Notes under the pieces: generated by a model | Told to the model about the DNA's origin: nothing | The model's database searches: none | Seen by the model: only the letters and a program-made list of their open reading frames with translations | Assembly (NCBI RefSeq): GCF_039654945.1 | Contig: NW_027361679.1 | Location: 81,530,001 to 81,594,000 of the forward strand | Length of the DNA: 64,000 nucleotides | Origin: Dendrobates tinctorius | Taxonomy: Eukaryota | Direction of reading: 5' to 3' | Shown: one piece after another, positions 49,391 to 60,895 of the stretch | Position numbering within the stretch: the stretch's first letter is position 1 | Layout of the letters: every line of letters begins with the position of its first letter | Made by a program: the position numbers and the translations under genes

Positions 49391-50413
49391 AGAAGAAAGG
49401 CTTTTCAGCAAGATTGATTTCCACCCTAATTAGTAGCGGAAAGCCAGTGACCACAAAAATGTATGGGAGGATATGGAGAAAATTTTCGTCCACCTCAGGC
49501 CCAATACAGGAGGGGGAAGTGCCTGTGAGGGCGGTACTAGAATTCCTACAAAAGGGTTTGGACCTGGGCTTAGCAGTCAGCACCCTGAAAGTACACGTTT
49601 CAGCCCTGGCAGCATTATTTAATTATGACCTGGCAAGCGATAGATGGGTCGTCAGATTTATCCGGGCCTGTGCTAGAGCTGACTCTGTCCCATCTCCTAA
49701 ACCTCCTCCCTGGGATCTAAATTTAGTCCTATCATCCCTAACGGAAAGTCCATTTGAACCAATAGACGCAACATCAGAAAGTGGTAACTTTAAAAACAGC
49801 CCTGTTAGTGGCGCTCACATCGGCACGTAGGGTTGGGGACTTACACGCACTATCAGCAGATCCACCATACACTCAGGTTATGGACGATAGAGTCGTGTTG
49901 AGATTAGATCCAGCATACCTCCCTAAGGTAGTGTCAAAATTCCACAGAGCCCAGGAAATAATCTTGCCATCCTTTTGTCCTAACCCAGGTAACAAAAAAG
50001 AGAAATTACATTGCTTAGACGTTAGATGTATCCTACAGTATTTAGAGGTGACAAAACCATGGAGGAAACAGAGGGCCTTATTTGTCTCGTATCAAGGAGC
50101 AAGGAAAGGCCTTAAAGCCTCTAAGCAAACTATAGCTAGATGGGTGAGAGAGGCCATCATACTAGCATATAGTAGTGCAGGTAGGGCTGTTCCAGAGGGC
50201 CTAAAAGCCCACTCCACGAGGGCCATGGCAACGTCCTGGGCGGAGAAAGCGGACGCCTCCATCGACCAAATCTGTAAGGCGGCCACTTGGTCCTCTCCAT
50301 CTACCTTTTTCAGACATTACAGATTAGACCTATCTGCCACCTCTGATCTCACATTTGGGAGAAGAGTGTTACAGGCAGTGATCCCCCCCCTAAAAGAGAA
50401 TACAAATCTCTAA
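49380..50413 (+). pseudogene. DIRS #2 tyrosine recombinase (one frameshift near 49780)
   Basis: PPWDLNLVL, TSARRVGDL, AHSTRAMATSWA, TFFRHY. Confidence 0.92.
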
Positions 50414-51359
50414 CTCTCTCGTGGTGCCGTCATGTACCATGGAAAAACACGGGTATTACATACCTGGTAATAAGCTTTTTCATGAGACATGACGGCACCC
50501 TTATATTCCCGCCCTATCACGTCATTAGTTGGGTGTTTCGTTAGTATTATACACTCCCTTGGTGTTGGAAATTTAGCAGTGTAAAATATGTATTGTTCAT
50601 GTGTGAACTAACCTGCGGAGTTCCTCTCGTGCTCTGTAAAACAACTGATGCGGAGAGAGGAGCCGTCCTTTTTATCTTGAAGGTTTCCTGTCCTCGTAGG
50701 GCGGATCCCCTCTCTTGTGGTGCCGTCATGTCCCATGAAAAAACACATTACCAGGTATGTAATACCCGTGTTTCACACATCCGTTTTTGGCATTCGCCTG
50801 CATCCGTCAGTGTGAAAAAAACAGATCCGTTTTGCCGCAAACGGATCCGTTTTTTTTTACGGATCCACGGTAGCCCCTAATGGAAGTCTATGGGACAAAA
50901 AAATGGATCCTCAAAAATGGTGGATCCGTTTTTTAACAGAAAACGACGGATTTTAAAAAACGGAAGTGTGATCCAGGCCTAAGCGGTGGATCCATGGCTC
51001 TCTGGAAGGTATCTGGACCTCCCTGCAGACTAAATGGCATCCTGGTGTATTGAAATCACCCGTCACGTGTAGAGAAGGCAGTCCTCTCCTTGTCACTTGT
51101 GGACATGAGAATTTGCCAGTACTTTTTTTTTTTTTTTTTTTTTGTTCTAGGTTGGTGATATATCTGGCTGACCCTAACCTCTCAATGAGATCATCGACCT
51201 GGGGCATTGGATATACATCAAATTTGGACACCTCATTTACCTTCCTGTAGTCATTACAGAAACTCCACTCTCCAACGTGCGATGGGGCTAGAGGAGCCAC
51301 TCTTTTACTGATCTGACACCCAGGCTCAACATTCTCCTCACCGCACGGTGGGCTACGGG

Positions 51360-53227
51360 CAGGGCTGTGGAGTCGGTAAGCCAAACCTGCAACTCCGACT
51401 CCTCAATTTCCCTTACACCGACTCCCACATATATTGCTTATATTTAAGTGAAAAATGTATTGTAGTACAATATGAACATCAGACATTTAATAATTTCTAT
51501 GATCCAATAATCAAGATATTTAGATAGAACATAATATCTATTTATTGGAATACAACTTTAGAACACTGTAATAAATTGTAAATATGTAATACCGTGTACA
51601 TGTATATGGTACAGACCAAAGTTTGGACACACCTTCTCATTCAAAGAGTTTTCTATATTTTCAAGACTATGAAAATTGAAGATTCATTCTGAAGGCATCA
51701 AAACAATGAATTAACACATGTGGAATTATATAATTAAAGTGTGAAACAACTGAAAATATGTCTTGTATTCTAGATTCTTCAAAGTAGCCACCTTTTGTTT
51801 TAATTACTGCTTTGCACACTCTTGGCATTCTCTTGATGAGCTTCAAGTGGTAGTCACCAGAAATGGTCTTCCATCAGTCTTGAAGAAGTTCCCAGAGATG
51901 CTAAGCACTTGTTGGCCCTTTTGCCTTCACTCTGCGGTCCAGCTCACCCCAAACCATCTCGATTGAGTTCAGGTCTGGTGACTGTGGAGGCCAGGTCATC
52001 AGGCGTAGCACCCCATCACTCTCTCCTTCTTGGTCAAATAGCCCTTACACAGCCTGGAGGTGTGTTTGAGGCCATTGTCCTGTTGAAAAATAAATGATGG
52101 TCCAACTAAACACAAACCGGATGGAATAGCATGCCGCTGCAAGATGCTGTGGTAGCCATGCTGGTTCAGTATGCCTTCAATTTTGAATAAATCCCCAAGA
52201 GTGTCACCAGCAAAGCACCCCCACACCATCACACCTCCTCCTCCATGCTTCACGGTGGGAACCAGGCATGTAGAGTCCATCCGTTCACCTTTTATGCGTC
52301 GCACAAAGACACGGTGATTGGAACCAAAGATCTCAAATTTGGACTCATCAGACCAAAGCACAGATTTCCACCGGTCTCAAGTCCATTCCTTGTGTTCTCT
52401 AGCCCAAACAAGTCTCTTCTGCTTGTTGCCTGTCCTTAGCAGTGGTTTCCTAGCAGCTATTTTACCATGAAGGCCTGCTGCACAAAGTCTCCTCTTAACA
52501 GTTGTTGTAGAGATGTGTCTGCTGCTAGAACTCTGTGTGGCATTGACCTGGTCTCTATTCTGAGCTGCTGTTAACCTGCGATTTATGAGGCTGATGACTA
52601 GGATGAACTTATCCTCCGCAGCAGAGGTGACTCTTGGTCTTCCTTTCCTGGGGCGGTCCTCATGTGAGCCAGTTTCTTTGTAGCGCTTGATGGTTTTTGC
52701 CAATGCACTTGGGGACACGTTCAAAGTTTTCCCAATTTTTCAGACTGACGAACCTTCATTTCTTAAAGTAATGATGGCCACTCGTTTTTCTTAGCTGCTT
52801 TTTTCTTGCCATAATACAAATTCTAACAGTCTATTCAGTAGGACTATCAGCTGTGTATCCACCAGACTTCTGCACAACACAACTGATGGTCCCAACCTCA
52901 TTTATAAGGCAAGAAATCCCACTTATTAAACCTGACAGGGCACACCTGTGAAGTGAAAACCATTTCCGGTGACTTCCTCTTGAAGCTCATCAAGAGAATG
53001 CCAAGAGTGTGCAAAGCAGAAATCAAAGCAAAAGGTGGCTACTTTGAAGAACCTAGAATAGACATACAGTATTTTCAGTTGTTTCACACTTTTTTGTTAT
53101 ATAATTCCACATGTGTTAATTCGTAGTATTGATGCCTTCAGAGTGATTCTACAATTTTCATAGTCATGAAAATAAAGAAAACTCTTTGAGAAGGTGTGTC
53201 CAAACTTTTGGTGTGTGTATATATGTG

Positions 53228-53264
<37 letters not shown>

Positions 53265-53990
53265 CTCTGTATCTCACTATGACTTATCTCGGCTAAGATA
53301 AAGCCTAGATCCTCAGGCTACATTCACACTATGGGCGTAGCCAGGATCAAACCTATGGGGGGGGCAGAATCTCATACTGTTCTGCAGAATTTCATACTGC
53401 ACACCTCAGCTGCTGCAGAGCCTCATACTTCACACCCCTACACTTGAAAATAAAGCCTGCACCTTAAGAAGATGTGGTGATGAATGCAGTCTATTTATTC
53501 CAACTATCTGATGTTACTGAAGACTAGCAATGCCTGTCCTGGGCGTCCTTTTGGGCAGCTATGAGGTGTACCTGACTGGTGCTAAAAAAAAAAAAAGTGT
53601 GTGCTGTCCGGCTTTCGTTCTTTTTGGTACAGATATTATATGGATAAATGGATAGGTAGAGAAGATTTCTAATCTGCTTTTGCTATTGAAAACATTATCT
53701 ATGAGCTCAAAAACCTTTCAGGTGATGGGGTTTTTTTTAAAAAGCTGATCTGCTTTTGCAACTGAAAGTATCCTCAAAAAATGCAGGAAAAATGCTGTGT
53801 GTGAATGTAGCCTTAGATCAGGAATAGAACAGCCATTTATAGGACATTTCATAACTTTCCCAAATTCCTATGAAAAAATATTCAGCATATTCTGCATTGA
53901 ACTACTGTACCCAATTTATATATTTTAGGAGTCTGAGTCGGTCCATTTTATTCTGACTCCACCAAAATGAGCTCCGACTCCACAGCCCTG
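51360..53990. mobile_element. hAT-like non-autonomous element with a nested Tc1
   Basis: TIR cagggctgtggagtcgg / ccgactccacagccctg; 8-bp TSD gctacggg / gctacagg. Confidence 0.85.
51606..53218 (-). mobile_element. Tc1 transposon; transposase ~52812-51770, frameshifted
   Basis: WSDESKF, KHGGGGVMVWGCF, FQQDN; ~200-bp TIRs. Confidence 0.92.
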
Positions 53991-54513
53991 GCTACAGGGA
54001 TTCGATATGGCATCTGATTCACCCGCACATGCGGGTCCGTCAAAATCTCATGCTCGACATCCAACGTATGTTGTGGCAACACGAAAACTGTCACTCATGT
54101 GCTTTCCAGGGATTAACTAGTGGGGGAGTGTGGCCCTTACCAGGGTTGCCAAACTGTCTGAGTTTCGACACCAGTACTTCATTTATTGTTACTTCGGGAC
54201 ATGCCTGAGGCCCCTCACCGGGCTAAGGGTGAGTGTACACAGTGCGGATTTGCATGTAAAATGACCTGGGGATATGCACTGCGGTTTTTAAAAACCATTG
54301 GCTAATATAGTTCTGTACATTGCTTGCGGATCCGCAGCAAAATCCGCACCGTGTGCACATACCCTGATAGTCCACACTGCAGGCAGGGTAGATATAGTAC
54401 GAACAGCACCTCCTTTTTAAGGGTAGGTTAATTTAACATCGGGAAAGAATATCAAAAATAAAATCGAGAAAATCATTGTATAAATGTCTGCATTTTGCAG
54501 TGAGAAATATGTA

Positions 54514-55982
54514 CACTGCTTAAAAAAGGGAACACTTAAACAACAGAATATAACTCCAAGTAAATCAAACTTCTGTGAAATCTATCATTTTCACATGCTG
54601 TTGTGCAAATGGAATAGACAACAGATGGAAATTATTGGCAATTATCAAGACACCCTCAAAGGAGTGGTTCTGCAGGTGGGGACCACATCTCAGTACCAAT
54701 ACTTTCTGGCTGATGTTTTGGTCACTTGAATGTTGGTTGTGCTTTCACACTCGTGGTAGCATGAGACTGACTCTACAACCCACACAAGTGGCTCAGGTAG
54801 TGCAGCTCATCCAGAATGGCACAACAATGCGAGCTGTGGCAAGAAGGTTTGCTGTGTCTGTCAGCGTTGTGTCCAGAGGCTGGGTCGCTACCAGGAGATG
54901 TGGAGGGAGCCGTAGGAGGGAAACAACCAAGCAGCTTGACCGCTACCTCTGCCTTTGTGCAAGGAGGAACAGGAGGAGCACTGCCAGAGCCCTGCAAAAT
55001 GACTACCAGTAGGCCACAAATGTGCATGTGTCTGCACAAACTGTAAGAAACCGACTCCATGAGCATGGTCTAAGTGCCCAACGTCCACAGATGGGGGTTG
55101 TGCTCACAGCCCACCACCGTGCAGGATGCTTGACACTTGCCATAGAACACCAGGATTGGCAAATTCGCCACTGGCGCACTGTGCTCTTTACAGATGTAAG
55201 CAGGTTCATATTGAGCAAATGTGACAGTCTGGAGACACCGTGGAGAGCAATCTGCTGCCTGCAACATCCTTCAGCATGACCGGTTTGGCAGTGGGTCAGC
55301 AATGGTGTGGGGTGGCATCTCTTTGGAGGGCTGCACAGCCCTCCATGTGCTCGCCAGAGGTAGCCTGACTGCCATTAGGTACCGAAATGAGATCCTCAGA
55401 CTCCTTGCAAAACCATATGCTGGTGCAGTTGGCCATGGGTTCCTCCTAATGCAGGACAATGCCAGACCTCATGTGGCTGGAGTGTCAGGAGTTCCTGCAA
55501 GATGAAGGCATTGAAGCTACGGACTGGCCCGCCCATTCCCCACACCTGAATCCGATTTGAGCACATCTGGGACATCATGTCTCGCTCCATCCACCAACGT
55601 CGTGTTGCACCACAGACTGTCCAGAAGATGGAGGATGCTTTTAATCCAGTTCTGGGAGGAGATTCCTCATGAGACCATCTGCTGCTTCGTCAGGAGCATG
55701 CCCAGGCGTTGTAGAGAGGTCATACAGGCACGTGGAGGCCACACACTACTGAGCATCTTTTCCTTGTCATGAGGCATTTCCACTGAAGTTGGATCAGCCT
55801 GTAATTTGATTTTAAGTATCATTCCAAATCCAGACCTGCATGGGATATTCATTTTGATTTACATTGATAATTGTTTTCTGAACACCTTCTACTATGCAAT
55901 GAATAAAAATTTGCAACTGGAATATTTCATTCAGAGATATCTAGGATGTGGTATTTTAGTGTTCCCTTTATTTTGAGCAGTG
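54514..55982 (+). mobile_element. Tc1 transposon; transposase ~54761-55751, decayed, nested in another Tc1's TIR
   Basis: TA|cactgc...gcagtg|TA; VLFTD.SRF, MVWGGI, LMQDNARPH. Confidence 0.9.
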
Positions 55983-55984
55983 TA

Positions 55985-56935
55985 TTTGAGCCCTCTGACA
56001 AACAAGAGTTAATACTTGGTGGCAAAATCCTTGTTTGCAAGCAGAGCAGTCAATGTTTTTTGTAGTTGATGAGGTTTGTGCACATTTTAGGAGGAATTTT
56101 GGTCCACTCCGCCTTGCAGATCATCTCTAAAACATTAAGATTTTGAGGATGTCGCCTGGCAAATCGGAGCCTCAACTCCCTCCATACGTTTTCTAGGAGA
56201 TTAAGGTCTGGAGACTGGCTAGGCCACTCCATGACCTTAATGTGCTTCTTTTTAAGCCATTCCTTTGTTGCCTTTCTGGAAGACTCAGCCACAACCCATT
56301 TTTAATGTCCTGGCGGAGGGAAGGAGGTTGTCACTCAGGATTTTACGGTACATGGCTCCATCCATTGTCCCATTGATGCGGTAAAGTAGTCCTGTGCCCT
56401 TGGCAGAAAAACACCCCCAAAGCATAATGTTTCCACCTCCATGCTTGATAGTGGGGACAATGTATTTGGGTCATAGGCAGCATTTCTCTCCCTCCAAACC
56501 CGGCAAGTTGAGGTAATGCCAAAGAGCTCAATTTTTCTCATCTGACCACAGCACCTTCGCCTAATCATTCAACTGAATCATCCAGGTATTAATTGGCAAA
56601 CTTCAGATGGGCCTGCACTGGTGCCGCCTTGCACAGGGGGACCTTGCGGGCACTGCAGGATTTTAAACCTTTACGGCATAATGTTACCATTGGTTTTCTT
56701 GGTGACTGTGGTCCCAGCTGCCTGGATTATTAACATGTTCCCCTCGTGTCATTTTAGGCTGATCTCTCACCTTCCTCATGATCAAGGATACCCCACAAGG
56801 TGAGACTGCATCGTGCCCCAGATCGATGCCTGTTGACAGTTATTTTGTATCTCTTCCATTTTCTTGCTATTGCACCAATAGTTGTCTCCTTCTCACCCAG
56901 CATCTTGCTTATGGTTTTGTTGCCCATTCCAGCTA
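55985..56935 (-). mobile_element. Tc1 transposase fragment (its TIR continues at ~54470-54511)
   Basis: [16 protein letters not shown]; HTH region [19 protein letters not shown]. Confidence 0.85.
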
Positions 56936-56975
56936 CAAAATTTCGTGTCACTAGCATTGCAGTGCATTATATCTA

Positions 56976-57920
56976 CAGTGGGTATGGAAAGTATTCAGAC
57001 CTTTAAATTTTTCACTGTTTCATTGCAGCCAATTGGTAAATTAAAAAAGGTCATTTTTTTCTCAATGTACACTCTGCACCCCATCCTGACTGAAAAAAAA
57101 AAAAAAAATGTAGAAATTTTTGCTAATGTATTAAAAAAAAGCTGATATCACATGGTAAGTATTCAGACCCTTTTCTCACACTCATATAAGTCACGTGCTG
57201 TCTATTTCCTTGTGATCCTCCTTGAGATGGTTCTACTCCTTCATTGGAGTCCAGCTGTGTTTAATTATACTGATTTGAACTTGATTTGTAAAGGCACACA
57301 CCTGTCTATATAAGACCTCACAGTGCTTGTCATACCAAATGAGAATCATGAGGTCAAAGGAACTGGTCAAGAAGCTCAGTGACAGAGATCTGGCCAAGGT
57401 TACAAAAGAATTTCTGCAGCACTCAAGGTTCCTAAGGGCACATTGGGCTCCATAATTCTTAAATGGAAGAAGTCTTCCTAGACTTGGCCGTCCAGCCAAA
57501 CTGGGCAATCGTGGGAGAAGAGCCTTGGTGAGAGAGGTAAAGAAGATTCCCAAGATCACTGTGGCTGAGCTCCATAGATGCAGTAGGGAGAGAGAAAGTT
57601 CCACAAAGTCAACTATGACTGAAGCACTCCACTAGTCAGGCCTTTATGGCAGAGTGGCCCGACAGTAGCATCTCCTCAGTGCCAGACATATGAAAGCCTG
57701 CATAGAGTTTGCTAAACACATGAAGGACTCCCAGACTGAGAAATAAGATTCTGTGGTCTGATAAGACAAAGATAGACCTTTTTGGTGATGATGCTAAGCT
57801 ATATGTGGAGAGAACCAGGCACTGCTCATCACCTGCCCAATACAATCCCAACAGTGAAATGTGGTGGTGGTGGTAGCATCATGCTATTCAGGTGTTTTTC
57901 AGCTGTAGGGACAGGACTGG
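56976..57920 (+). mobile_element. 5' part of a Tc1 transposon
   Basis: TA|cagtgggtatggaaagtattcagacc; MRSKEL start at 57348; ILWSD.TK; GGGSIM. Confidence 0.85.
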
Positions 57921-58849
57921 TTTAACCCCTTAATGACCAATGTTTTTTTTACTGATCTGAGATGTAAGAGAATGGCATACTCCGACAGGAAACAATCCAG
58001 AAGCTATCGGCTGTACGCTATAGCTGACGACTTGCTACATTATCCGTGTTGGCACCGTCAACATCTGTTTAACCCTTTAGCTGCTGCTTGCAATAGTGAC
58101 TGCATCATATAAATGGTTAACAGCATGTGGGGGTTTCTTCTCTTTATCCCCATCGGCACCCTGAGATCATGATTTGTGTGGTCCTGATGTTTGCTATGGC
58201 AATTCAAGACCAAATGGTGGCCTTGGTCTGCCAGCTATAGTGGCCTGTTCAGAAGTTAGCGACACTTAAGGGTATGTGCACACGCTGCGGATTCCGCTGC
58301 GTTTCCGCAGCGGTTTTGGCCGCTGCGGACCCGCAGCAGTTTTAGCTGCGGTGTACAGTACCATTCAAATGAATGGTAAAAAAAAACGCTGTGTAGACGT
58401 TGCGGAAAAATCCGCTCGGATTTGCTGCGGTTTTGAAACTGCAGAAAGAAGTGACATGTCAATTCTTTCTGCGGAATCTGCATCTCCACCATTGTGGAGA
58501 TGGTGAATCCGCAGGACCAAACCGCAGGCAAAACCGCAGATAATCCGCAGGTCTTTTGACCTGCAGTTTATCTGCGGTTTTTGCAAAATCCGTGCGGATT
58601 CCGCAGAGTCTGCACACACCCTTAGTGGTAAAATACTTTCATTCCTGATATGCCACTTTGCATTAATTCCTGAAAATCACCTGAAGAGTTAATAAATAGC
58701 ATGAGGGCAATTTTTGATGTCAGGGGGTGCTTTTTAAAATGGTATCACTTTTGGGGATTATCTCTAATCTTTATCATGTTCCACAAAAAAAAAATTCTCG
58801 ATCACCTTGGATTTGTTAAAGCGTTCCAGAGTCATTACCACAAGGCTGG

Positions 58850-59235
58850 CAGTGTCTCCGGTATGTGTGGTGAGTTTTCTCACGTACCAGAGACACTGAC
58901 ACACGTAGATTCATTCAAATGAATGGGTCTATTTACATGTCAGCGTGTTTTCACGGTCCGTGTGCAAAACACGCTGACAACTCAGTTTTTGAGTGACAGC
59001 ACGGAACACATGGACCCATACAAGTCAATTGGTCTTTGTAAACACACAGCGCACACGGATGGCATCTGTGTGCTTTTTAAGTCATAGGGGTAACATTGAA
59101 ACAAATTGTTTCAATACACGGACAGCACACGAATGTGACAAATTGACACACGGACACAGATATCTCCGATACTGGTTTTTTTTTTTTTTTTTTTTTTTTT
59201 TTCCCCATTACTGGAAGTACCAGCACATGTGAATT
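58850..59235. mobile_element. Harbinger-type MITE resembling the ends of the 6031-16858 element
   Basis: Approximate reverse complement of ~16600-16845 subterminal sequence. Confidence 0.55.
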
Positions 59236-59289
59236 TGATCAGATTCAAAAAATTTGGCCTGGTCACTGGGGGGGTTAAAGGCTCATTCC

Positions 59290-59775
59290 ATTTAGGCTGT
59301 CAACCTCCTGGGTGGAGGAAGTGGATGTCTCTATAGAACAGATTTGTAAGGTCTTCTACATTCTATAGATTGATGTGAGACCGGCAGAACTTGTATTTGG
59401 TGGAAGGGTGCTCCAGGCTGTGATCAGTACTTAAAATATTTTAGAATATTTTTCAATCTCTGTAATTCTTTAATGGTGCTGTCGTGGTTGATCTATACTT
59501 TGTTACTTACCAGTAACAAATTTGTCAGAATCCAACTCCCTCTTGTCATGTGTGGGTGACCACTAAATATTTTTTTTTTTTTAAGTAAAAAAAATCCCCA
59601 CTTATGTGTTATGATGTTTTAATAACCATTGGAGACCCTCTCATGCTCTGTAATCCAACTGATGCAGGAGAGGTGCTGCCCTTTTTAATCTGTAGGTTTC
59701 CTGTCCTTGGTGAGCAGATCTCCTTCACTCATGGTGCTGTCATAGGTTCTGAAAAATCCTGTTACCAGTAAGTAC
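59290..59775 (+). mobile_element. DIRS 3' remnant related to DIRS #2
   Basis: FYRLDV..FGGRVLQAV recombinase end and a diverged right ITR (caactgatgcaggagagg...ggtttcctgtcc...). Confidence 0.65.
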
Positions 59776-60109
59776 TGTATATACTTGAGTATAAGCCGAG
59801 GCACCTAATCTTGCCATGGAAAGCTTGGTAAGCTTATTGATTTGATTATAAGCTGGGTATGCATTGTCCCCCATCCCATGGTTGTATTCATGGCTCACAC
59901 AACCCTCCCTCGCGCTGTCGCTGCATCTGTTGCATCGGCAGCTTTTCCTGTGCTGAGTGGTCATGTGGTACTGCTCATTAAGGTATTGAATATGTGCTCC
60001 AGGACTATGGGAGTGAATCCTCCACAGCATCCCCTCACCCCAAGGTGAGGATACATCAATACCAGCAACATTATCTTAAGGTAATGAGGCACGAGCACTT
60101 TATTACGAA

Positions 60110-60895
60110 CTAGCTGAAGAGCCCGGCGCTGCCCGGGCATAGTAACGAACTACGGTTAGTTATAACAAATTATAATGAATATAATATATATTCTGAGTGT
60201 AGAGCCCTGCCCATTCCACATAGCCACGTTTGCTATTGTATCTCACATCCCGTCAGCCAGTGCTACCGGACTACTACCCATAATATCCCACATCGTCCCA
60301 TCAGCCAGAGCCACCGAACTACTACCACTAATATCCCACATCATCCAGTCAGCCTGGAGTCAGAACCAGAGCGCTGAGTGGAACGGTCCTAACTTCCATA
60401 CTGGGGATCCCTTTAAGAGAGGCTTGGCATCAGAACCAGAGGGCTGAGTGGATTTGCCCTGACTTCCATACCAATGATCCCTTTAATAGAAGCCTGGGGT
60501 GAGAATCAGAGCACTGAGGGATTTACTCTAACTTCCATATGGGAGATCTCTAAGAGGCCTGGGGTCAGTACCAAAGCACAGAGTGGATTTTCCCTCACTT
60601 CTGTACCGAGGATCCCTTTAAGAGGGGACTTGGGTCAGAACCAGAGTGCTGAGTGGATTTGCCCTGACTTGCATTCCAATGATCCCTTTAATAGAACCTT
60701 GGGGTCAATCAGCGCGCCAAGGGATTTGCCCTAACTTCCAATCAGGAGATCCTTTAAGAGAGCATGGGGTCAGTACCAGAGCATTTGAAGGCAATTGCCC
60801 TGACTGCCATACCAGGGATCACTTTAAGAAAGGCCTGGGGTCAGTACCAAAGTCGAGTGGATTTGCCCTAAATTCCATACCAATGATCCCTCTAA
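60110..60895 (-). mobile_element. Helitron 3' portion with a ~69-bp minisatellite (60376-60895)
   Basis: About 65 bp at 60110-60176 nearly identical to 9867-9933 (CTAG plus hairpin). Confidence 0.75.

Larger units (their letters stand above)
45051..50773 (+). mobile_element. DIRS1-like retrotransposon #2 (different family, younger-looking)
   Basis: ITRs ~45055-45151 / ~50642-50740; ICR ~50415-50500; inserted at a T-run. Confidence 0.95.
45044..50978. mobile_element. Harbinger-type MITE split by DIRS #2 within its left TIR
   Basis: TAA|ggcctat[DIRS]tcacacatccg...cggaagtgtgatccaggcc|TAA. Confidence 0.7.
44455..54110 (-). mobile_element. Gypsy LTR-retrotransposon pol relic in three pieces (44455-45043, ~50980-51359, ~53999-54110)
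   Basis: HEILTD..PYRIP; FCNDYRKVN..DVYPMPQVDDLIERLG; MPFSL.G.P.TFQR; AYLDN; RNase H QMDASEVSLGAVLSQ. Confidence 0.85.
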
